A stretch of DNA of 64,000 nt. Source: Candidatus Bathyarchaeota archaeon. GTDB taxonomy: Archaea > Thermoproteota > Bathyarchaeia > Bathyarchaeales > Bathycorpusculaceae. Position numbers and translations under genes: made by a program. The stretch covers positions 160,001 through 224,000 of the forward strand of contig CAVYRJ010000001.1 in NCBI GenBank assembly GCA_963770935.1, written 5' to 3'. Below the pieces are notes generated by a model. It was not told the origin of the DNA. It did not search any database and saw only the letters and a list, made by a program, of their open reading frames with translations. Below are positions 42,515 through 50,286 of the stretch, one piece after another. Positions within the stretch are counted from its first letter, which is position 1. The number at the start of each line of letters is the position of its first letter.

Positions 42515-43153
42515 TCAGTTAAACCGATAGTTTTCTAAAATCTTGGCAATCACATCTTCAATTCCTTTAGGAAAAGGGACTCCGTGTACTTTTTCATCAC
42601 CCAAATAAACTAGGGAATGTTTCGGATTACCAGGAATCCACTCTTCGTATTTTGCTAACCATAAACTGAGATGGAGATCAAGTTTTTCTAGATACATTTC
42701 CAGATCATCTTTTTCTTTTTGGTTCGTTTTTAATAAATTAACGTCGATTTTTTGAGCAAGTTTTTGAATCTTCTTGTTCAAAGGGAGAAGAGCTCCTTTT
42801 GTTTGGCTGCGAATTATCAAGTGTGTTTCTTTATGTCTCGGTTTCATTTTGTCATAAAGACTTTCAAATGTTTCTTCAAACCCGACAAATTTTCGGATTT
42901 CTTCAGGAAATTGATCTTTTAAATTCTTGGCAAGTTCGTCCCTATGCTCACATTGAAGATCGAAAACACGTTTTTGAACAGTAATAAGTCTGTGCAGAGA
43001 TTTCAAATTTGAAATATTATCTGCGACAATCGCCTGGTTTACTTTTCTGCGCTCAATTAACTCTCTAACAAAATAAGCGACTGTTGCAAAAACAGCACCA
43101 ATTATTGCTGCACCCAGCCAATCTGGAAATTCTGTAAACAAAGACATTTCCAT
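42515..43153 (-). CDS. Hypothetical protein with N-terminal TM helix
   Basis: WLGAAIIGAVFATVAYFV, followed by a helical domain ending HGVPFPKGIE. Confidence 0.75.
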   Translation of the reverse strand: MEMSLFTEFPDWLGAAIIGAVFATVAYFVRELIERRKVNQAIVADNISNLKSLHRLITVQKRVFDLQCEHRDELAKNLKDQFPEEIRKFVGFEETFESLYDKMKPRHKETHLIIRSQTKGALLPLNKKIQKLAQKIDVNLLKTNQKEKDDLEMYLEKLDLHLSLWLAKYEEWIPGNPKHSLVYLGDEKVHGVPFPKGIEDVIAKILENYRFN

Positions 43154-43354
43154 AATCCATCCTGTCTCGATAATGAGACGAGAACTATCTCTTAGTATTC
43201 TACTGGGAATGAGATCTATTTAGAATTATTGATCCATTCACAGCTAAATGTAATTTTATAAAACATTTCGGGTGTGGAAAGAAGTTGAATGCGATTCGTT
43301 TATTTGACTATTTAAGGAAGCCTATAAGAAAAATAAAAAGGGAGGTTGCGGGTG

Positions 43355-43396
43355 ATGTCTCCAGAAAATGATAGGTCCGTACTAGACGACGAGCCC
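43355..43396 (+). pseudogene. Putative integrase N-terminal stub (intN) running into the att site
   Basis: GGAGG...GGTG-ATG then MSPENDRSVLDDEP, reading through the 21-bp repeat. Confidence 0.45.
43376..43396 (+). repeat. att site, right copy (tRNA-Arg 5' fragment)
   Basis: Identical to 24480-24500. Confidence 0.93.
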
Positions 43397-43415
43397 AACG
43401 CTTGTTTATGCCCAG

Positions 43416-43424
43416 AAATTTAAA
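43416..43424 (-). promoter_or_regulatory. Probable original tRNA-Arg TATA box
   Basis: TTTAAA on the minus strand 23-28 nt upstream of the tRNA 5' fragment. Confidence 0.55.
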
Positions 43425-43588
43425 GGGCAGAATAGTAAATACTTTGCTTAAACTTAAAAATAGTGGTCTTGAAAGCAACTGTTATTTAGGAAAAAGTCGA
43501 TTTGAACTGGGTTCTTTAGGTGTTTAGCTCTCAAACATTATCGCAGCGCAATGCTCTATCATAAATGGGTGAAGAAAAATGCGCACTG

Positions 43589-45190
43589 TTAACTTTTACT
43601 CAATACTCTTTGCAACGCAGCGATGACGTTTTGTTTTCCCATAGCAAGTACGTATGGGCCAAGACGTGGACCCTGTGGTGCACCCATCAAAACCTGATAG
43701 AGCACTTTGAAGAATGCGCCTGGTTTTATGTCGTTATCTTTGGCAGTGTTGAAGATGGCGTTTTGGATTTTGTCTGGTTCGTCCTCGATCTGCAGTTTGG
43801 TGACAAGTTCGGTGAGGGCTTTCTTTTCTTCGACCGTTAGTTCTACGGCGGTTTCTTTGATTTCCTCAAAGTCGCGTGTCCAGTTAAAAGCGTATTCTAT
43901 TCGCTGCTTTAATCCATCGTCTAAAGTCTGGTTTTTTTGCAGGTAACCGTAGCTTTGCAGTTTCTCAGTGACATAGTCAAATAGGCATTCTTTGGGAGCC
44001 ATTTTTACTAGGAACGCCATGAGGTTGTAGGGTACGTGAATGCTGGATTTGGTCGGGGGTTTCATGACATAGCAGTACAGGTATAAACCCCTGAGTTTGG
44101 CGGCTTCTTTTTCGCCGACCTGCTTTTTGCCAAAATACACATCCTCTAAAGAGTCAAGTTCGTTCATGTACGTTGGAATATCGGAGACATCCAAGGCGCG
44201 TGTGCCTACGAAACGTTTCAGCATAAGCAAAAGCAGCGATTGGGATGAACCATATTTGAACCATACTTGAGGTGTAAACACATTGCCTGCTGACTTTGAA
44301 ATTTTTTTTCCGCCCTTGTCAAGGAACATTTCGTATTTTGCATGTGATGGAGGCTCGAAACAGAGAACTTCGCGGCAAATACGGTCGTTAATTCGTACTG
44401 AGTCAGCGATATCTTTGCCGTAAGCTTCAAACCTAATGTCAAGAGCCTTCCAGCGAGCAGCGAACTCGCTTTTCCAAGTCAGTTTACCTTCGCCGCTTTT
44501 TATATCTACCTCGCCTTCATGGCCGCAGCCGGCAATCAGTTTGCCTCGGATTTCGAGCCCTTCACATTTGTAGGAGACCTTATCGGTCTTGGGGTCATAC
44601 TTGTAGGCTCTCGTCGTGTAGAGATGCCCACATTTCTCGCAAACAGCAAAATAAGGCAAAAACTCGGTGTAGGTTTCTTGGCCAACTTCTTCTTTAACGA
44701 TTTCTCCGATTTTTTTGGCGTTGGTGAGTATGGTTCGAATCTCGTTTAGAAGCAGGCCTTTCTCGTAAACTTGCTTAGCAGAAAAATACGTGTATTCTAT
44801 GCCGCATTTATCTAAGGCATCCAGAAGCAGTGAACTCATGTGTTTGCCGTAGCTTTCGTGGCACCCATACGGGTCAGGTATACTGGAGACAGAATACCCA
44901 AGATACTTTTCCATCTCCTTTGGGAGCCCTGCGGGAACCTTGCGCAAACCATCTTTATCGTCGCAGAAGGCAACAAGTTCAGAATTATATTTCATGTTCT
45001 TGAGTGCCAATGTAACTGCATAGCTGCGTGATGCATCGCCTAAGCTACCGATGTGGGGAAAACCTGAAGCGCCCAATCCCATTTCGGTGCGGATTCGGCT
45101 CATGTCTCGGTTTAGAGTTTGCTCTCGTTCGATGACTTTCTTTGCCATCATGTCGTACCATGTGCCATGACCAATAGTCTCTTCACTCAT
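43589..45190 (-). CDS. lysS: Class I lysine--tRNA ligase
   Basis: GASGFPHIGS (HIGH-like), EAYGKD, KISKSAGN (KMSKS-like), GPRLG. Confidence 0.97.
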   Translation of the reverse strand: MSEETIGHGTWYDMMAKKVIEREQTLNRDMSRIRTEMGLGASGFPHIGSLGDASRSYAVTLALKNMKYNSELVAFCDDKDGLRKVPAGLPKEMEKYLGYSVSSIPDPYGCHESYGKHMSSLLLDALDKCGIEYTYFSAKQVYEKGLLLNEIRTILTNAKKIGEIVKEEVGQETYTEFLPYFAVCEKCGHLYTTRAYKYDPKTDKVSYKCEGLEIRGKLIAGCGHEGEVDIKSGEGKLTWKSEFAARWKALDIRFEAYGKDIADSVRINDRICREVLCFEPPSHAKYEMFLDKGGKKISKSAGNVFTPQVWFKYGSSQSLLLLMLKRFVGTRALDVSDIPTYMNELDSLEDVYFGKKQVGEKEAAKLRGLYLYCYVMKPPTKSSIHVPYNLMAFLVKMAPKECLFDYVTEKLQSYGYLQKNQTLDDGLKQRIEYAFNWTRDFEEIKETAVELTVEEKKALTELVTKLQIEDEPDKIQNAIFNTAKDNDIKPGAFFKVLYQVLMGAPQGPRLGPYVLAMGKQNVIAALQRVLSKS

Positions 45191-45264
45191 ACTGCCGCCT
45201 TCTGCATCATGACTGTAAGACGGAATAGAAAAATGTTTAGAGCCAAAAAAAGGCTCAGGCGATA

Positions 45265-45603
45265 TTATTTGCGTTTTAGTGCAGCTACGATTGAGAGAGC
45301 TGCCATAGCCAGCAGGATTACAATTAGCGAGTATAGCCAGTTAAACCCGAATAGATACCACGCAGCTCCGATGACTATTAGACCTAATCCTGCAGCCATT
45401 GTGCTGAAGCTTCCGCGTTCATATTTCTGCAGTTTGTCTGCACGCAAGCTACCTAACGCAATTGCCCATAAACCGCAAAGCACCAGTACCACTGGAACAA
45501 ACAAACCCCAGCCGATGACTCCTGCAACCGCCAGCAGTATTCCTACCACAATGATAATTAGGAATACTCCAAAGCTTAGCAGTTGACGGTCGCTATTGCT
45601 CAC
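45265..45603 (-). CDS. Small 4-TM membrane protein
   Basis: Four hydrophobic helices; last gene of the SPFH operon. Confidence 0.8.
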   Translation of the reverse strand: MSNSDRQLLSFGVFLIIIVVGILLAVAGVIGWGLFVPVVLVLCGLWAIALGSLRADKLQKYERGSFSTMAAGLGLIVIGAAWYLFGFNWLYSLIVILLAMAALSIVAALKRK

Positions 45604-45613
45604 AGGGTTTCTC

Positions 45614-46591
45614 CTAACCGATTTTAAATCCGCATTCAGGGCAGAACTTGCTGTTGGCTGGGATTGATTTGCCGCAGTTTGGGCATGCCATAGCTTGTTG
45701 GGTTGGTGGTGTTAGGTTGGTTCCACAGTTGGGGCAGAATTTGCTGGTCGCCGGGACTTTTTCTCCGCATTTAGGGCAGATAACTAAAGCTGCAGCGGGG
45801 GCTGCTTGTGGTGCTCCTTGCTGATTCATGATTTGTGGGATAAGTACCATTCCTGCTCCAAGTGCTCCTGCTCCTCCTCCTTGACCAAGACTTGCTGCTG
45901 CGCTCTTGACGGTTTCCATTCGCAGCACGTCTCCTGGCGCTGTTTGTCCAGTTTTAAGCCAGAAGAGGCGTTCGCGGTATTCGGGTGTGGTATCGATACC
46001 TTCGAAGCGAAGGTCAGTTAATTCGATGCCGACGCGTTTGAAGTAGTCGATGAGTGTGTTTTTGACGATAACTGAGGTTTCATCGAGGCGTGTGAAGACT
46101 GTGATGAGGTCGTAGTGGCTGAGTTCATCGATTATTTTTTCGTTCAGAAAGCCTCGTAGGAAGCTGTTGACTTCGTCAGTTGTATAGGCGTTTTGTCCCC
46201 CGATGACTTCGTTGACAAACAACGATGCGTCTGCGACTTTAAACCAGAATTGTCCGTAGGTTTGAAGTGGTGCGAGTTCGGTTGTTTGTGCTTTTGTACC
46301 CCATTTGCCAGCGAAAACTTTGGTGCTTATGAATAGGACTGTCGCTTTGAAGGGCTTGTTGCCGCCAAAGCCTACAAGACGAGTTAGCAGACTTGTCAGA
46401 ATGGGCAGATTAAGAGTAGTTAGGGTGTGTCTACCGGCACCAAACACGTCGTAGGCTTTGCCATCACGGAAAAACACTGCCATCTCGTATTCATGTACGA
46501 TTAACTGGGCACCCCAGGTTATGTCTTCGTTTGGGTAACGCCATACGATAGCGTCTGGACCAGCGTTTGTCCACTCTATTATTTGCGGCAT
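45614..46591 (-). CDS. SPFH/band-7 domain protein with double zinc ribbon (YdjI-like)
   Basis: IVWRYP..I.WGAQLIVHEYEMAVFFRDGK...GRHTLTTLNLP; C-terminal CPKC/CPNC/CPNC/CPEC. Confidence 0.9.
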   Translation of the reverse strand: MPQIIEWTNAGPDAIVWRYPNEDITWGAQLIVHEYEMAVFFRDGKAYDVFGAGRHTLTTLNLPILTSLLTRLVGFGGNKPFKATVLFISTKVFAGKWGTKAQTTELAPLQTYGQFWFKVADASLFVNEVIGGQNAYTTDEVNSFLRGFLNEKIIDELSHYDLITVFTRLDETSVIVKNTLIDYFKRVGIELTDLRFEGIDTTPEYRERLFWLKTGQTAPGDVLRMETVKSAAASLGQGGGAGALGAGMVLIPQIMNQQGAPQAAPAAALVICPKCGEKVPATSKFCPNCGTNLTPPTQQAMACPNCGKSIPANSKFCPECGFKIG

Positions 46592-47130
46592 TACTGTGTC
46601 ACTCCCATGATTACTTCTTCTCTTTTATCAAACGTGTCTTCGAGCAACTCAAACTTGTCAGTTATGGCTTGTATTTTGTCTTTGAGATTTGAGAAGTTAT
46701 TGCTCAACAACTGCAGCTTTAACTCTTCAATACTGGTTGTTAACGCGTTTACTTCGTCGAGAAGTTGGTTGTCGAAGTTTATCATCTTGTCAAGGTTGTC
46801 TTCCTTGATTTTCACTATGTCATAGAAGCCTGAGTAACCGTATGAGGCATGGTTTACTTTTTCGGTTATGCGATCCATTTTAGCGGTCAACCTATCGATG
46901 TCGGGCAAAACGTCTAGGTAACGTTTATCGGCTATTTTTTGAGCAATGCTTCTGACGTTATCTTTTCCTTTGGAGAGTTTGAGGGTTAGATTGTTCCTAA
47001 TCAGTTTGTCTGATTCGCGGCGGAGTTCCTTCTCTTTGTATCCGCGGAACCCTGGAAGCGCCGCAGCTATGCGTTCTGAAAGCCTCATTTGGCTTTTTGC
47101 TTGGGCATATACATCTTTATTTTCGGTCAT
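46591..47130 (-). CDS. Conserved all-helical hypothetical protein
   Basis: LPGFRGYKEKELRRESDKLIR...ASYGYSGFYD; translationally coupled to the SPFH gene. Confidence 0.8.
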   Translation of the reverse strand: MTENKDVYAQAKSQMRLSERIAAALPGFRGYKEKELRRESDKLIRNNLTLKLSKGKDNVRSIAQKIADKRYLDVLPDIDRLTAKMDRITEKVNHASYGYSGFYDIVKIKEDNLDKMINFDNQLLDEVNALTTSIEELKLQLLSNNFSNLKDKIQAITDKFELLEDTFDKREEVIMGVTQ

Positions 47131-47199
47131 TTCCTAAATCCTCCAATATTTGTATTCCGTTATAAAAAAGAGCTTGCTTTTAAAGTTTATTAAAACAAA

Positions 47200-47943
47200 T
47201 TAGAACTTGGAAGAGGGGATATCGCCCTTTAAAACTGTACCCGTTGCACCATCAACTATCATCTGGTAAACGTTGCCCTTGTATTCGTACTTTATGAACC
47301 AAATAGGCGCATGTAAGTAAACCATCTGTTCCAAATCAATGGTAGTGGTGGCTTCTACGATTTTATCGATGTCCTGCTGAAGCAGAAACCGATGCAGCGC
47401 TTCAATTTGCTGCTTAGCAATCTCTAAGGCTTCATCGCGGGTCATTTCACTGTTTAGCAATTTGGCGAAGCCTTCGATTTTCCTGAAATCGTACGGGATT
47501 TTTCCTGTTAAGGGAACATTGTATTCTCGGGTGGGGAAGCCAGAAGCTTCTCGAGCTAAAACCAGCCAGTTGTATTCTTTCTGGATTTGTCCTTCTTTCA
47601 CAATCGCGGGGGATATTCGCTCGAAAATTCCTTTGTACTTGGTTGCAGCTTGGGCGGAAACAATCCAAAAGGGCAAATAAACCAGTTTTTTTTCGGTTAA
47701 TTTAGCTTTTTTTGCTAAATCTCCAGGTTTCATGAAACCCGAGCGCATCCAATCGCGCACTACTCCCTCCACTTGCTCTTCCGAATAGCTGTTTAGCATT
47801 AAGGAATGCTCAAAAGTAAAGGCTTGCCCAGTCTCAATTACTGTTGTGAAGCCGCAGTATTTGCAGGTAGCCACCAGCTCACCTGGCTTAAACTCGACTG
47901 GGGCACCGCAATGTGAACACTTTATGTTCTGAGCTATTGCCAT
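47200..47943 (-). CDS. Zinc-ribbon protein (YdjG-like)
   Basis: CSHCGAP...CKYCG; VYLPFW; PIWFIKYEYKG...VDGATG. Confidence 0.75.
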   Translation of the reverse strand: MAIAQNIKCSHCGAPVEFKPGELVATCKYCGFTTVIETGQAFTFEHSLMLNSYSEEQVEGVVRDWMRSGFMKPGDLAKKAKLTEKKLVYLPFWIVSAQAATKYKGIFERISPAIVKEGQIQKEYNWLVLAREASGFPTREYNVPLTGKIPYDFRKIEGFAKLLNSEMTRDEALEIAKQQIEALHRFLLQQDIDKIVEATTTIDLEQMVYLHAPIWFIKYEYKGNVYQMIVDGATGTVLKGDIPSSKF

Positions 47944-47948
47944 GCTGA

Positions 47949-49334
47949 TTAAGCCTTCAGTAGTTTTTCTCGTTTAAGGATTTCTCTTGCAACGATAACT
48001 CCTGAAGCTGATGCCTGGATTAGCCCTCGTGTGACTCCTGCGCCATCGCCGATAGTGAACATGTTCTTGATTTTTGATTCTAAAGCGTTGTTTAGTTGCA
48101 GGTGTGAGGAGTAGAATTTGACTTCGACGCCATAGAGTAGTGTTTCAGGTGAAGCAACGCCTGGCGCGATTTTGTCTAATGCTTGAAGCATTTCCCGTAT
48201 GTCAGTGAGGTAGCGGTAAGGTAGCACGAAGCTTAAGTCGCCTGGAGTGGCGTTTTTGAGGGTCGGCGTAACCACGCTATGGGATAATCGTTCAGGTGTG
48301 GAACGACGACCATGATTCAAATCGCCAAGCCGCTGAACCATTACACCACCGCTTAGTAGGTTGGAGAGTCTTGCCACGTATTTGCCGTAGGCGATTGGTT
48401 CTTTGAAAGGTTCAGTAAAAGAGGTACTCACGAGGATAGCGAAGTTGGTGTTGTTTGTTCTTGTTTCCGCATGGCTACCCCCGTTGACCGTTAAGACACC
48501 ATCGTAGGATTCTGTGGTAACCTCTCCGTAGGGTGAAACACAGAAAGTGCGCACCATATCATCAAAATCCCGTGAATAATAAACCAGTTTTGGCTCGTAG
48601 AGTGCTTTAGTTAGTTTCTCCATAACAGAAGCCAAAAGCTCAACCCGCACACCGATGTCCACTGGGTTATTTACTGTTTTTAACCCGCGGATTTGAGCTT
48701 CAGTCTGAAGCCATTCTGCTCCGCTTCTTCCAGGAGCAATTATCACGTATTTGCCGTAGAATTTCTCGCCGTTTACGGTTTCGACACCTTGAATAGTATG
48801 ATTTTCTGCGATTAACCCTTTCACGTCGGTTTTTGGTTGGAAAGTGATTTTGCCGTTGAGTGCTCTGCGCATTCGTTGCAGGGTTTCGAGACATTTGTCG
48901 GTGCCCATATGGCGGACTTCTTGCTTGATAAGTTTTAATCCCGCAAGTGACGCTTGGCGTTCGATTTCATCTATTTCCGAGTTTTCTCCGCCAAAAACTT
49001 GTTCACTGGCGCCGAATTTGATGTAGATGCTGTCACAGTACTTTACAAGTTCAGCTAATTCTTTAGTTGAAACATACTGGTTTAGCCATCCGCCAACCTC
49101 TGTTGATAAGGTAAGTTTGCCGTCACTGTAGGCACCTGCGCCTCCCCATCCCGAGAGAACGGAGCAAGGTTCACAATGGACACATTCGAAGCCTCGGCTT
49201 GAGGGGCACTTACGTTTATCAATGTCGAGTCCTCGGTCAAGTATTAAGACGTTGAGGTTTGTTTTCTCTGTTAGTTCTAGCGCTGAGAAGATGCCTGCTG
49301 GACCTGCGCCCACGATTATTACATCATATTTCAA
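47949..49334 (-). CDS. FAD-dependent oxidoreductase (uncharacterised family)
   Basis: IVGAGPAG, GWGGAGAYSDGKL, VDIGVRVE, VRTFC, TNFAILV, YGVEVKFYS, IGDGAGVTRG. Confidence 0.9.
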   Translation of the reverse strand: MKYDVIIVGAGPAGIFSALELTEKTNLNVLILDRGLDIDKRKCPSSRGFECVHCEPCSVLSGWGGAGAYSDGKLTLSTEVGGWLNQYVSTKELAELVKYCDSIYIKFGASEQVFGGENSEIDEIERQASLAGLKLIKQEVRHMGTDKCLETLQRMRRALNGKITFQPKTDVKGLIAENHTIQGVETVNGEKFYGKYVIIAPGRSGAEWLQTEAQIRGLKTVNNPVDIGVRVELLASVMEKLTKALYEPKLVYYSRDFDDMVRTFCVSPYGEVTTESYDGVLTVNGGSHAETRTNNTNFAILVSTSFTEPFKEPIAYGKYVARLSNLLSGGVMVQRLGDLNHGRRSTPERLSHSVVTPTLKNATPGDLSFVLPYRYLTDIREMLQALDKIAPGVASPETLLYGVEVKFYSSHLQLNNALESKIKNMFTIGDGAGVTRGLIQASASGVIVAREILKREKLLKA

Positions 49335-49636
49335 GGACCTTTACCCCCTTGGAACCCAAAGTTAGATGCAACAACTAGCATATATTTTTAGCTGCAGCGC
49401 TTCAAACAGCAAGCAAGTTATTCTTCGGCGTGATGTGTTAAGCACAAGGACTTTAGTTTTTTTTGCAAGTGTTTTTGAATTGATGGTGCAGCATTCGGCT
49501 TTTTCTGTTTGACCGTTTTTTGATTGAATATTTTCACTGTGTCCATATTCTTCTCTAAAGTAATCATGTGTATTTTTAAGATATATCTAATAAACATTTA
49601 ATACAGAATACTTCCCATAAACTAAAGCGAACACCA

Positions 49637-50107
49637 ATGCCCAAAGAACCCCAATCCGAAAACATTGATGATTTAATCAGCGACTTCTCACGTTTCTACA
49701 TACTCATAATACTCTACGAAAAACCAGTCCACGGCTACAGCATAATCAGCCAATTCAAAAAACGGATCAAAAAAGAAATCAGTCCAAGCCTAGTCTACCC
49801 CTTCCTACAACTACTCGAAGAAAAAGGCTTAGTCACGCACACCAAAAAGTCCATTGGCAAGAAAGAAAGAAAAATCTTCCAACTCACAGAAGAAGGCAGA
49901 GAGTTATGTAAAGGGCTCTTCAAGCGTTTCGCTGAGTTGGTAGCAATTGCCATTGAACCAAGTCTCTATGTCTGCGCCCATTGCGGCTGTAAAGTCTACG
50001 AGGGCGGCTACCGAGAAGTCATCGAGAGCAAAGAAATGGCGTTTTGCTGCATGCACTGCGCCCGCTCGTATAAAGAAGTTAAGAAGTTAGTTAGACAATC
50101 GAAGTAA
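49637..50107 (+). CDS. PadR-family regulator with C-terminal TRASH-like metal-binding domain
   Basis: HGYSII...SPSLVYPFLQLLEEKGLV...RKIFQLTEEG; CAHCGC...FCCMHCA. Confidence 0.88.
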   Translation: MPKEPQSENIDDLISDFSRFYILIILYEKPVHGYSIISQFKKRIKKEISPSLVYPFLQLLEEKGLVTHTKKSIGKKERKIFQLTEEGRELCKGLFKRFAELVAIAIEPSLYVCAHCGCKVYEGGYREVIESKEMAFCCMHCARSYKEVKKLVRQSK

Positions 50108-50190
50108 GTCGGTAAAGTGCAGTAAAATCACTATCAACCCTTTTCGCCAATCAAAATTTATTTACAATTTTCAGCCAATTTATCTACGCA

Positions 50191-50263
50191 ATAATTTAAT
50201 ATACTTCTAGCGAAGATACCGCTTTGGTCAGGCAGGGCAATCACTCAATAGTTATGCCTTGCC
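50191..50263 (+). promoter_or_regulatory. Conserved TATA + hairpin leader (copy B) of beta-propeller gene
   Basis: TTTAATATA box; GGCAGGGCA...TGCCTTGCC stem; matches 42058-42130 on the minus strand. Confidence 0.7.
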
Positions 50264-50286
50264 TAAAGAATCAGGAGAAAGGAAAA

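Larger units (their letters stand above)
24480..43396. mobile_element. ~18.9 kb integrated element (provirus/integrative element remnant) inserted at the 5' end of tRNA-Arg
   Basis: Exact 21-bp direct repeat at both ends, integrase at the left boundary, accessory and fragmented cargo, housekeeping lysS immediately outside the right end. Confidence 0.85.
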
